The notes under the pieces were generated by a model. It saw only the letters and a program-made list of their open reading frames with translations. It had not been told where the DNA came from and ran no database searches. DNA of 64,000 nt from an uncultured Poribacteria bacterium. Lineage in GTDB: Bacteria > Poribacteria > WGA-4E > WGA-3G. The stretch covers positions 768,001 to 832,000 of the forward strand of contig CATQHZ020000001.1 of assembly GCA_958296135.2 (NCBI GenBank), given 5' to 3'. Below are positions 40,701 through 50,101 of the stretch, one piece after another. A program made the position numbers and the translations under genes. The stretch's first letter is position 1, and each line of letters starts with the position of its first letter.

Positions 40701-41945
40701 ATGTTAGAAAACGTAAATACCGCTTCACGTCCTTCGGAATTGAAAATCACTGACATGCGTATTGTTCGGACGAAGGTAGGCGGGCCTATCATGAAACTGG
40801 AGACGAATCAGGGCATCCATGGGCTCGGCGAAGTGCGCGATGGTGCGAGTCCAACGTATGCGCTGATGCTCAAAAGCCGCATTTTGGGCGAAAACCCGTG
40901 CAATGTTGATAAAATCTTCCGAAAGATCAAGCAGTTCGGGCACCATGCGCGGCAAGGCGGCGGCGTGTGCGGCATCGAGATGGCCCTCATGGATCTGGTG
41001 GGGAAGGCGTACGGCGTGCCGTGTTATCAACTCGCTGGCGGGAAATTCCGCGACAAAATCCGATGTTATAGCGATACGCCCTCCCTCAAAGACGCGGGGG
41101 ATATGGGCGCGAAGTTACAGGAACGCATTGACAGCGGCTTCACCTTCCTGAAGATGGACCTCGGGATTGGATTACTGCGAGGTATCCGCGGCGCGCTTGC
41201 CGCCCCAAGCGGGAATTTAGACACGCATCACTTGATGCATCCGTTCACCGGCATCCGTCTTACCGACAAAGGCATCCGGCTCTTGTGCGAGTATGTGGAG
41301 CTCGTCAGAGCCATTATTGACTATGAGGTGCCGCTGGCAGTAGATCATTTCGGACATATCGGCATTGAGGACTGCATCCGGCTCGCGCGGGCGTTGGAGA
41401 AATATAACCTTGCGTGGCTGGAAGATATGGTGCCGTGGCAGTACACGGAACAGTATGTGCGCCTCTCCAACTCGTGCGCGACACCGATTTGCACCGGCGA
41501 GGACATCTACTGCAAAGAGGACTTCATGCCGCTGTTTGAGAAACGGGCGATTGCGGTTTGTCACCCGGATATTGCCACTTCGGGTGGGATTTTAGAGACG
41601 AAGAAAATCGGCGATCTGGCGGAGGAGCACGGTATCGCGATGGCCCTCCACATGGCAGGCACTCCTGTCTGTGCGATGGCGAGCGTCCACTGCGCGGCGG
41701 CGACTTCAAACTTCCTCGTCTTGGAAAACCACTCTGTTGACAACCCGTGGTGGGATGACATGGTGACAGGTTTACCGAACCCGATTATCCAAGATGGCTA
41801 TATTACTGTCCCGGACACGCCGGGGTTAGGCATCGAGCTCAACGAGGAGGTGATTCGGGAGCATTTGCATCCCGACGCGCCCGAATACTTCCCTCCGACG
41901 ACTGCGTGGGATTCGGAACGTTCGCACGATAGGCTGTGGAGTTAG
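40701..41945 (+). CDS. Mandelate racemase/muconate lactonizing enzyme family (sugar-acid dehydratase-like)
   Basis: GIEMALMDLVGKAYG.P, FLKMD, WLED, TGED, HPD..GGI. Confidence 0.9.
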   Translation: MLENVNTASRPSELKITDMRIVRTKVGGPIMKLETNQGIHGLGEVRDGASPTYALMLKSRILGENPCNVDKIFRKIKQFGHHARQGGGVCGIEMALMDLVGKAYGVPCYQLAGGKFRDKIRCYSDTPSLKDAGDMGAKLQERIDSGFTFLKMDLGIGLLRGIRGALAAPSGNLDTHHLMHPFTGIRLTDKGIRLLCEYVELVRAIIDYEVPLAVDHFGHIGIEDCIRLARALEKYNLAWLEDMVPWQYTEQYVRLSNSCATPICTGEDIYCKEDFMPLFEKRAIAVCHPDIATSGGILETKKIGDLAEEHGIAMALHMAGTPVCAMASVHCAAATSNFLVLENHSVDNPWWDDMVTGLPNPIIQDGYITVPDTPGLGIELNEEVIREHLHPDAPEYFPPTTAWDSERSHDRLWS

Positions 41946-41977
41946 TGGGGTTTGTCTGGGCGGATTTTCATAGAAAC

Positions 41978-43105
41978 TTACGGTATCTCCGCGACGTAAA
42001 CCTGCGAATGCCCCGAAACATCCGATGTATACACAACCGCCTTTTCATCAGGACTAAAGGAGGGATGTGGATGCGTCCACTGCGGGCCGTAAACGGTGTC
42101 CACCTTCATCTCCATCCAGCTGAGTGCCTTTTCCCTATCCTCCTGCTGTTGTGCCGCCGCCCAATCCTCGGCGAGAGCGTACCGGTCGGTTTTCCATTGG
42201 CTGCCGCTCGAGGAACTTTGCGGATAACAAATCTGCGTATGCTCACCTGTCTCCACATCCACCAGACGCAAACCGATATCGGGATGCACTGTATCGCACA
42301 AGACTTTGGTGCCGGCGCGATTGCTGGCAATGTGCCACGCATTAAAATCGGCAATCGTCTGCATTTGTAACGTTTCCAACGAGAACCTGCGTAGCGCGTA
42401 GGGCCAATGCGTCACAATCAGTTCGTCCTGCGCGCCGAGGAAGGTTTCATGGACGAGAAACTCATTGTTGTCGTGCTCATAGAGCTGCCGATTTTCCGTG
42501 CCATTACGGTTTATCGTCCACATCCGGGGTGCGGGATCCCCCGAATAGGCGATGAGTTCCGCGTGTTTCGGATGGAATTGTGGATGGATAATCGTCTGCG
42601 TTGGTGACGTATAGATAACCTCGCCGCCGCTGCTATCGGTTGCCGTAACAGTAATGTGCGATTTCTCATCGCGCTTCATCGCCGTGACGATAAACTGCTC
42701 ATCGGCACTGACGCTGCATTCACCGAGGCTGCCGCCGGGAAATTTTTCCAGCGTCCGTTCTGCTAACGTCTCCAAATGAATCGCCTTGATTTCGTCTGCT
42801 TGGGTATAGAAGAGTTGCGTGCCATCTTTGGCAATCACACCGGAGTAGCCGTGAACGTTATCGGCATCGGTAAGTTGCACGATATCTCCGTCCGGAAATG
42901 CCACCTTAAAAAAGTTCGGTTTTCCGGAGCGATAGGAGGTGAAAACGAGGAACCCCTGGTCTGGCGTGAATGAAGGTGTCAGAAAGTAGAGGTTGTGGTT
43001 AATGGATGCATCGTTTGTGAGTTGATAGATATGCGCGCCCGTTTGAGCATCGTCAAATTCGCGAAGTTCTGATGAATGAACGGCGGCTTTTGCGTAGGTT
43101 GCCAT
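41978..43105 (-). CDS. Oligogalacturonate lyase-like / TolB-like beta-propeller
   Basis: LYFLTPSFTPD, HPQFHP, VHETF, WHI, THPHPSFSPD; SD AGGAG. Confidence 0.78.
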   Translation of the reverse strand: MATYAKAAVHSSELREFDDAQTGAHIYQLTNDASINHNLYFLTPSFTPDQGFLVFTSYRSGKPNFFKVAFPDGDIVQLTDADNVHGYSGVIAKDGTQLFYTQADEIKAIHLETLAERTLEKFPGGSLGECSVSADEQFIVTAMKRDEKSHITVTATDSSGGEVIYTSPTQTIIHPQFHPKHAELIAYSGDPAPRMWTINRNGTENRQLYEHDNNEFLVHETFLGAQDELIVTHWPYALRRFSLETLQMQTIADFNAWHIASNRAGTKVLCDTVHPDIGLRLVDVETGEHTQICYPQSSSSGSQWKTDRYALAEDWAAAQQQEDREKALSWMEMKVDTVYGPQWTHPHPSFSPDEKAVVYTSDVSGHSQVYVAEIP

Positions 43106-43145
43106 AGTGTTGCTCCTACTGCAGATGAAGATGATATTTTTGCCA

Positions 43146-43233
43146 TGATACCAAATTCGCGATGAAATGTCAAGGGAAAAATGTTGCAGAAAAATAATTT
43201 GGCTTGACAAGGAATCCGAAAATAGTGTAGACT
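43146..43233. promoter_or_regulatory. Back-to-back divergent sigma70 promoters
   Basis: Minus strand TTGACA-17-TATCAT; plus strand TTGACA-18-TAGACT. Confidence 0.55.
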
Positions 43234-43294
43234 ATATTTTACTAGCATCTTTGGTGTGGCTTCGCGCCACAAATTAACTTTTCAGGAGGCAATA

Positions 43295-45178
43295 ATGAAC
43301 TTCAGAATCAAAATGTTAACCGTGATGGTGGTGATGCTGATGCTTTGCACCGCCCCCTTCGCGCTTGCACAGAAAATGTGGGAGAAGGTGAGCGAATCGC
43401 AATGGAGCGCGACCTTTTCCGATGTCTTTTTCGTTGATGAACAGCACGGGTGGATTGTCGGCAGCAATTCTACCATCCTGCATACCACCGATGGCGGCAT
43501 GTCGTGGGAAAGACAACCGAGTCAACCGCTCCCTTTTGATATTGAGTTGAAGAAGGTTCGGTTTCTTAACCCGAAGTTGGGATGGGTTGTAGGTGACAAA
43601 GGCACGGTGCTCAAGACAACCGATGGCGGGCAGACGTGGATGAAAAAGAATACCGGTACCTCTACTGCACTGTTAGCTGTTACTTTTGTGGATGAGCAGC
43701 ACGGCTGGGCGAGCGGTGATGGCGGGTTCATCATCAGCACTGCAAACGGCGGTACAACCTGGACAGAGCAGGAAATCGGAACTAATAACTCTATAGAAGG
43801 TATCTACTTTGTCACTCCCGAATTGGGCTGGGCGGCTGGCGGCGGCGGCACCCTTCTCCATACGACTGACGGTGGACAGAATTGGCAGTTCCAGACGAGT
43901 AACACGGTGCAGACGTTAGATTCCCTTTTCATGCTGAACGAAAGCACTGGCTGGGCGGTAGGTTCCGGCGGTGCTGTCGTGGCTACGGTGAACGGCACGG
44001 AGTGGGCAGTTCAGGAGAGTCATGTCCCGAATTCTAACGGGATGCCCGAACCGATTTGGGATGTCCATTTCGTTGATGAGAAGTTAGGCATCGCCGCGGC
44101 GGAGTTCGGCGTGATTTTGCGGACAACCGATGGGGGTACAACCTGGGCCCCTTTAAGCCCGCGCCCCGTCGCAGCCCGGCTCCAAGGCGTGCACGTGGTG
44201 AACCAGAACGAAGCATGGGTAGTTGGCGCTGACGCAACCATCTTACACAGTTCTGATGGGGGCCACACGTGGGAGATTGTTTCTAATTCCCCCAGTTTGC
44301 AGGCAGTTCACTTTTACACAGACCGGTTAGGATGGGCGGTAGGTTTGTCGGGGACTGTGCTGCATACCAGTGATGGCGGCGAAACATGGACACCTCAGAA
44401 AGGTGGCGTTTTTGAGTTTTTCGGTGTCGGGTTCGTCAGTGAGACCAAAGGCTATATTGTTGGAAGTAATGCCGCTCTGGCTGAAACGCTTGATGGCGGT
44501 AATACCTGGGCAGACCTCAGTGACCCGGGCGATGAAGGCCATGGCACCGCGCAGCGAATTAAGTTTGATGGCATCATGAGTTGGCGCAGCGCGATGGGCT
44601 CATACGCGATGAGTTTCGGGAGCCCGACGCATGCGTGGGCCGTGGGCGAAACTGGCCGGATTATGCACACCAGCGACGGTGGGCAAACCTGGCTCGGACA
44701 AGACTGCGATCCGATGATGACAGGTGCAGGATTTAACAATCTATACGGTGTTCACTTCATAGATGAAAAAGTCGGCTGGGTAGTCGGCGATGCAGGTACG
44801 ATTATCAAAACAACCGATGGCGGGCAAACATGGATGTCAATGCTGCAAGGGCCGGCGTTGAAAGATGCGTTCGTGCTGAACCCGCAGACTGTGTGGGTAG
44901 TCGGCGAGCAAGGTGCTATCATGCTCTCCACCGATAGCGGTATGGTGTGGACAGAGCAGACAGTGCCGACAGATGCAAACCTCAACGCTATCCTCTTTCT
45001 GAACGAAAATGAGGGATGGGCTGTGGGTGATAACGGTACTATTCTCCGTACCGCCGATGGCGGCGTGACATGGTTGATGCAGGAATCGCCCACGATGAGC
45101 CACCTGCAAGATATTGTGAAAGCGCCGAGTGGACAGTTGTGGGCTGTGGGCGATGCAACGACGATTATCCGTTATTAA
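43295..45178 (+). CDS. Secreted YCF48/BNR-repeat double beta-propeller protein
   Basis: About 14 repeats of GW.VG..G.IL.T.DGG.TW; signal peptide; SD AGGAGG. Confidence 0.9.
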   Translation: MNFRIKMLTVMVVMLMLCTAPFALAQKMWEKVSESQWSATFSDVFFVDEQHGWIVGSNSTILHTTDGGMSWERQPSQPLPFDIELKKVRFLNPKLGWVVGDKGTVLKTTDGGQTWMKKNTGTSTALLAVTFVDEQHGWASGDGGFIISTANGGTTWTEQEIGTNNSIEGIYFVTPELGWAAGGGGTLLHTTDGGQNWQFQTSNTVQTLDSLFMLNESTGWAVGSGGAVVATVNGTEWAVQESHVPNSNGMPEPIWDVHFVDEKLGIAAAEFGVILRTTDGGTTWAPLSPRPVAARLQGVHVVNQNEAWVVGADATILHSSDGGHTWEIVSNSPSLQAVHFYTDRLGWAVGLSGTVLHTSDGGETWTPQKGGVFEFFGVGFVSETKGYIVGSNAALAETLDGGNTWADLSDPGDEGHGTAQRIKFDGIMSWRSAMGSYAMSFGSPTHAWAVGETGRIMHTSDGGQTWLGQDCDPMMTGAGFNNLYGVHFIDEKVGWVVGDAGTIIKTTDGGQTWMSMLQGPALKDAFVLNPQTVWVVGEQGAIMLSTDSGMVWTEQTVPTDANLNAILFLNENEGWAVGDNGTILRTADGGVTWLMQESPTMSHLQDIVKAPSGQLWAVGDATTIIRY

Positions 45179-45277
45179 TTTCAGTCCTGACGCAAATTCA
45201 AGCATCCCTCTATCCGGTAGGCGCGCTTTGCCAGCGCGCCTACGGAAGGCTGCGTTCGTAAAGTTGCCGGTTTGTCA

Positions 45278-45299
45278 GGGCGGATTTCTATATCCGCCC
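45278..45299. repeat. REP-like family C (GGGCGGATTTCTATATCCGCCC); copies near 28994, 30030, 37359, 61776, 62207
   Basis: Repeated 22 bp hairpin. Confidence 0.8.
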
Positions 45300-45322
45300 A
45301 CAACATGGGAGGACTCATTCCA

Positions 45323-46768
45323 ATGAATTCATGCCGGTTTCGCGACATCTCATGGCGCGGAGCCTTTCTGATATTTTTATGCGCCTTCTCCGTTTTCAGC
45401 GCGCTTCCGAAACGCGCCTCCGGTGATAGGGAGAGCTCGGTGCAGGAGTCACGCGTTTTGACGCTTGAAGAGAGCATCGAGGTGGCCAAGCGGAGCAATC
45501 TGAGTCTCCAGACAGCGGAACAGACTCTCAAAACGGCGGCGGCGCAGGTGCGCTCGGCGCGCGCTGGCCTCTTGCCGCGGATTACGGCGAACGGCGACTA
45601 TACCTATTTTAAAGATATCCAAAAGTCTGTGATTCAGGCCGAGGGTGGGTTCGGTTTCCTGCCGCCTGGGGGCGCAGAGATGCAACCGATGCCAACGCCA
45701 AGTGGCGATAACGAAGCGGAGACAATTGAATTGGAGTTTGGCGCGCAGCATAATGTGCAAGGCACACTGAGCCTCACGCAACCGATTTTCGCGTGGGGAC
45801 GCTACTATTACGGGTATCAGGTGGCGAAGCTGAACTATCAGGCAGTTGCGCGTGAAGTCGCGGCTGCCTATCAGCAACTCCGTTTGGATGTCTCTGAGGC
45901 GTTTTACGGCGTTTTAGTGACGCAGGAGTTCGTCCGTGTTGCACAGCAAAGCGTTGCGCTCGTTGAGAAGCAGCTCGGCATCGCTGAGACATCGGTTGAG
46001 GCGGGGGCTGCCACGAATTTCGATGTGCTGCGCGCGAAAGTTCAGTTGGCTAACGCGCAATCGCAGCTTATCCGCGCGGAGAACGGTGTCCGCATTGCCA
46101 AAAACGGCTATAAGACGCTCCTGAATATGCCGCTTTCCGAGGACATCGCGGTTCAAGGCACATTGGAAACCGTCGGCGAGTATCCTTTGGAGAACGGCAG
46201 TCTTGAAGCCTTGATACAACAGGCACTGGCAAATAGGCCTGAGATGAGCCGTTCGCAATTGAACGAGCTCGCGGCACGCAAACAGGTGGATGTCGCGAAA
46301 ACGCGCCGTCTCCCAGACCTCAGTTTTTTCACCAACTACCAAATATCGCAAAATGAGAGGCTCACGCAGATGAACCGCATCTGGAGCCTTGGACTCCGGA
46401 TTAACATTCCAATTTTTGATGGGTTTGCGACGCAGGCGGCGGTGCAACAAACCGAATCTGTCCTCAAACAAACCGAATTGGGGAGCGCGCAGCTGACATC
46501 CGCCGTTGAATTTGAGGTGCGTTCCACCTATCTGAACCTCCTTGAGGCGCGAACGCTGATAGAGGTGCAGCGCGAAACCGTGGCACAAGCGCGCGAGAGT
46601 GTGCGCATCGCAAATCTACAATTTGAAAACGGCATCATTACCACCGTGGCGTTAACCGATACGCAACTCGCGTTGGCGCAAGCGGAAGTGAACCGACTTC
46701 AGGCGCATCATGACTATGTCGTCGGTTTCGCGCGGTTGGAGAAAGCAATCGGACAACAACTACAATAG
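45323..46768 (+). CDS. TolC-family outer membrane efflux protein
   Basis: LTLEESIEVA..N, LTQPIF, IPIFDGF, ARLEKAIG. Confidence 0.9.
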   Translation: MNSCRFRDISWRGAFLIFLCAFSVFSALPKRASGDRESSVQESRVLTLEESIEVAKRSNLSLQTAEQTLKTAAAQVRSARAGLLPRITANGDYTYFKDIQKSVIQAEGGFGFLPPGGAEMQPMPTPSGDNEAETIELEFGAQHNVQGTLSLTQPIFAWGRYYYGYQVAKLNYQAVAREVAAAYQQLRLDVSEAFYGVLVTQEFVRVAQQSVALVEKQLGIAETSVEAGAATNFDVLRAKVQLANAQSQLIRAENGVRIAKNGYKTLLNMPLSEDIAVQGTLETVGEYPLENGSLEALIQQALANRPEMSRSQLNELAARKQVDVAKTRRLPDLSFFTNYQISQNERLTQMNRIWSLGLRINIPIFDGFATQAAVQQTESVLKQTELGSAQLTSAVEFEVRSTYLNLLEARTLIEVQRETVAQARESVRIANLQFENGIITTVALTDTQLALAQAEVNRLQAHHDYVVGFARLEKAIGQQLQ

Positions 46769-46818
46769 ACACCAAAAGGGGAAAGGAGCCATTCCTTTAA
46801 AACCCGTTTAGGGGTGAA

Positions 46819-48447
46819 ATGTTTATAGAGGAGAAAACCGAATTGAAAAAAATAGGGCTCGGGGTTATCATCGTCTTAGTGATAGCGGTTCTTACCGTGC
46901 CAAGACTCCTGAAAACCGAAAAACCGACAGAAGAACAAGCCGAAGCCGCCGTGCTGAGACCGGTGGAAATTAGCAAAGCGATGCGGGGCGAAATCCGTTC
47001 CGAACTCCAACTCTCTGGCACCATTAAAGCGCAGTCGCGAGTGAGTGTGTTCCCGAAAATCGCCGGCCGCCTCATCGCGCTTCCTGTCGAGGAAGGGGAC
47101 ACCGTCCAAAAGGGCGATGCTCTTGCCACTGTGGAGCATGAGGAATTAGAACTCGCTGTTCAACAAGCCGAAGCGACGCTGGCATCTGCTGATACGGCGT
47201 ATTCGCAAGCGAAGCAGCTCGCCGAGGTGCGCGTCCGTTCGCAAATCGCGCAAGCCGAGTCGCAACTCAGTGCCGCGATGATTTCGTTAGAACAGGTGAA
47301 GGACCTTTCTGAAATCCGCGCGGTGACGCAGATTGAGCAGGCGGAAGCTGGGTTGCAGTCCCTCGTCGCCAATCGGGAAAAAATCAAGAACGGTGCCCGT
47401 GCTGAAGACCGGCGGCAAGCGGAAGCCGGCCTGAATCAGGCTGTCGCGACGCTCGCCAACGCCGAAAGCAACCATACGCGTATGGAGCAGCTCTTCCAAA
47501 ATGGGGCAATCAGTCAGCAGTCCCTTGAGAGCGCGAAGACGCAGTTAGATGTTGCCTTAGCACAACATAAGATTGCTGTGGAGCAACTACAGCTCATTGA
47601 CAACGGTGCGCGCGTGGAGGATATCCAAGCGATGGAGGCGCAGGTTGAACAAGCCTCGGCATCGCTGCGGTTGGCGCGGGTGCAAGCCGAAACACGTTCG
47701 TGGGAGAAGGACATCGCGCTGGCCCACTCCCAAGTTCAAACGGCACAAGCTGCGCTCACTGCCGCACAAGCCTTGCAAACCGCTAAGAGTTGGGAGGCAG
47801 AAATTACGACGGCGAAGACGGCGCGCACACAGGCGCAGGTCGCGCTGAAACTGGCGAAGAAGCGGCTCAAAGATGCCACGATTTACGCGCCTATTTCGGG
47901 GGTTATCTCGCAACGTAACCTCGATTTTGGCGGCATGGCTGTTCCGACGGCGCCACTGTTTGAGATTGTCAACATTGACACCGTCAAAGCCACCGTCGAT
48001 GTAATCGAGTCGCAGTTGGGCCAATTGACACTGAATCAGCAGGCATCGATAGAGATTGATGGGATAGCCGAGCCGCTCACGGGCACGGTGGCGTTCATGA
48101 GTCCGACACTACAAGCGGCACGCCGCACCGCGACTGTTGAGTTTCATATTGATAATGCGGCGGGCATATTGAAGCCCGGCATGTTCGCCAACGTCACGGT
48201 GCCGATTGAGGTGCATACGGATGCGATTCTCATCCCTCGTGCCACGCTCCTTGAGGACGCAGCAACGAAGCAGCAAGAGGTGTTCGTCGTTGAGAACGGC
48301 GTGAGTCAACGCCGCACTGTGCAAATTGGGCTGTTACGTGAAGGCCAGGTCGAAGTGCTCAGTGGCCTCACTGAAGGCGAGGCGGTTGTCACCGCGGGAC
48401 AACATTCCCTGAAATCAGGAGAAAGCGTCACAGTAGTCAATCGATAA
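46819..48447 (+). CDS. RND/HlyD-type membrane fusion protein with very long alpha-hairpin
   Basis: VEEGDTVQKGD, IYAPISGVI, LKPGMFA, GLTEGEAVV. Confidence 0.9.
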   Translation: MFIEEKTELKKIGLGVIIVLVIAVLTVPRLLKTEKPTEEQAEAAVLRPVEISKAMRGEIRSELQLSGTIKAQSRVSVFPKIAGRLIALPVEEGDTVQKGDALATVEHEELELAVQQAEATLASADTAYSQAKQLAEVRVRSQIAQAESQLSAAMISLEQVKDLSEIRAVTQIEQAEAGLQSLVANREKIKNGARAEDRRQAEAGLNQAVATLANAESNHTRMEQLFQNGAISQQSLESAKTQLDVALAQHKIAVEQLQLIDNGARVEDIQAMEAQVEQASASLRLARVQAETRSWEKDIALAHSQVQTAQAALTAAQALQTAKSWEAEITTAKTARTQAQVALKLAKKRLKDATIYAPISGVISQRNLDFGGMAVPTAPLFEIVNIDTVKATVDVIESQLGQLTLNQQASIEIDGIAEPLTGTVAFMSPTLQAARRTATVEFHIDNAAGILKPGMFANVTVPIEVHTDAILIPRATLLEDAATKQQEVFVVENGVSQRRTVQIGLLREGQVEVLSGLTEGEAVVTAGQHSLKSGESVTVVNR

Positions 48448-48500
48448 ATCGCTCGGATGGCGCGGGAAACCTGTCCCTCGTCACGCTGCGAGTAAACACA

Positions 48501-48529
48501 TTGACATCCGATAATTTTTGTGCTACAAT
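48501..48529 (+). promoter_or_regulatory. Sigma70 promoter upstream of the DprA fusion
   Basis: TTGACA-17 nt-TACAAT with TGn. Confidence 0.6.
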
Positions 48530-48763
48530 TAAAAGCAGATTGTAACACCTTGCGGACCCCGAGGAGAAACGATATGACTTATCAACCGTCGTTTCATACA
48601 TGTCGGTAGTGTGTGTTTCTGGCAATATGATGATGGATTATGAACGGGGAAAGCATTGGAAATCAGTATCACAGATTTCCATAGCCGCCAAAACATCTTG
48701 AACTATTAATGGAATTCGGGTAACATAGGATAATATTAGTCTCACCTGAACCGAGGCAAAACC

Positions 48764-50101
48764 ATGTTATCCGAGGAGACGAAAAGCCTGATTCATTTCA
48801 ACCTGATGCAAGGGGTTGGTTCTAAAACTATCCAACTCTTGGTTGAGGCCTTCGGTTGCGCTGAATCGGCACTGCAGGCAGCACCTGATGTGCAACAGAG
48901 AAGGTTAGCGGAATTAGGGAGTTCTGCCCCTGCAGGTTTGATTCACAGGCTACTTTACTATCCTTTGCAACGTGAACTTGAACTTATCGAACACCATGGA
49001 TGCGACGTTATAACGCTTTATGATGAAGCGTATCCACCGTTGCTGAAGGGGATTCATCATCCACCGATTTTGCTTTATGTCAAAGGGGAAATCCAAGCAG
49101 CTGATAACAAAAGCATTGCCCTCGTCGGTTCGCGTCGAGCAACAGAGGACGGCCGGCGACTCTGCCATAAACTCAGTTACGCGCTAGCTAAACACGGCGT
49201 GACGGTGGTGAGTGGTTTAGCAAGGGGCATTGATGAAAGCGCGCACCGCGGGGCTCTTGAAGCTGGCGGCAGAACCATCGCTGTAATCGGCAGGGGCTTG
49301 AGTGATGTTTATCCACAGGAAAACCGTAATCTTGCGGCGCAAATTGTGAAATTCGGCGCGTTAATCTCTGAATTTCCAATGGCCATGGAAGTGAGACGGA
49401 AAAACTTCCCGCAGCGCAACCGTATCATAAGCGGTTTAACGCGCGGCACCGTTGTCGGTGAAGCACCGAAGGGAAGCGGCGCGCTCATAACAGCAAAGCA
49501 TGCTCGCGAGCAGGAGCGAGAAGTATTTGCGCTACCTGGACAGATTTTATCTGGCATGGGGCAAGGCACACAAGCCCTAATTAACAGCGGACAGGCCACA
49601 TTTGTCAATGAAGCGGCAGACCTGCTGAAACTCTTTACGCCTTACCGTCTACGACGAAAACCTGCACAGACACCAGAATCACTGCAGCTATTTCTCGTTG
49701 AACAGCGTGATGAAGCACTCGTGGTGACAGCCGTTGTTGGCTATTTCAAGAATCCTGCGTTTCAGCGGTTTTCTATAAAACTTGAACACGACGTTCGGAT
49801 CGGCTCTAGAGATGGCAGAGCTGACGTTGTGCTTCTTACTGCAGAAGGGACACTCGCTGCTATTGCAGAGTGCAAACCTGAATACGAGAAATTTGGAGAT
49901 GAGCAGCTGAGGTCCTACCTCTCGGCAACCGATACACGCTTTGGCATATTTGCCAATAGCGAGAGGGCTGATAGGTGGGAGTTTTATGAGAACCTCGGGC
50001 GAAGCCAATTTAAAAAGATTAGCCGTTCTGAATTTGAGAATGGCATCCTCGGCGGCGTTAGCACGAAACTCTCCAGACATCCGCGAGAACCTAGTCATTG
50101 A
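48764..50101 (+). CDS. dprA: DprA/Smf protein fused to a C-terminal HsdR_N-like PD-(D/E)xK nuclease domain
   Basis: YPPLL..PP.LLY.KG, IALVGSR, VVSGLARGID..AH, FPQRNRIISGL, SGALITA; then RADVVL...IAECK...QLRSYL...FGIFAN. Confidence 0.85.
   Translation: MLSEETKSLIHFNLMQGVGSKTIQLLVEAFGCAESALQAAPDVQQRRLAELGSSAPAGLIHRLLYYPLQRELELIEHHGCDVITLYDEAYPPLLKGIHHPPILLYVKGEIQAADNKSIALVGSRRATEDGRRLCHKLSYALAKHGVTVVSGLARGIDESAHRGALEAGGRTIAVIGRGLSDVYPQENRNLAAQIVKFGALISEFPMAMEVRRKNFPQRNRIISGLTRGTVVGEAPKGSGALITAKHAREQEREVFALPGQILSGMGQGTQALINSGQATFVNEAADLLKLFTPYRLRRKPAQTPESLQLFLVEQRDEALVVTAVVGYFKNPAFQRFSIKLEHDVRIGSRDGRADVVLLTAEGTLAAIAECKPEYEKFGDEQLRSYLSATDTRFGIFANSERADRWEFYENLGRSQFKKISRSEFENGILGGVSTKLSRHPREPSH

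Noticed and set aside
48574-48609. SD-preceded micro-ORF MTYQPSFHTCR upstream of dprA
   Set aside because: Could be a gene remnant but is too short to support
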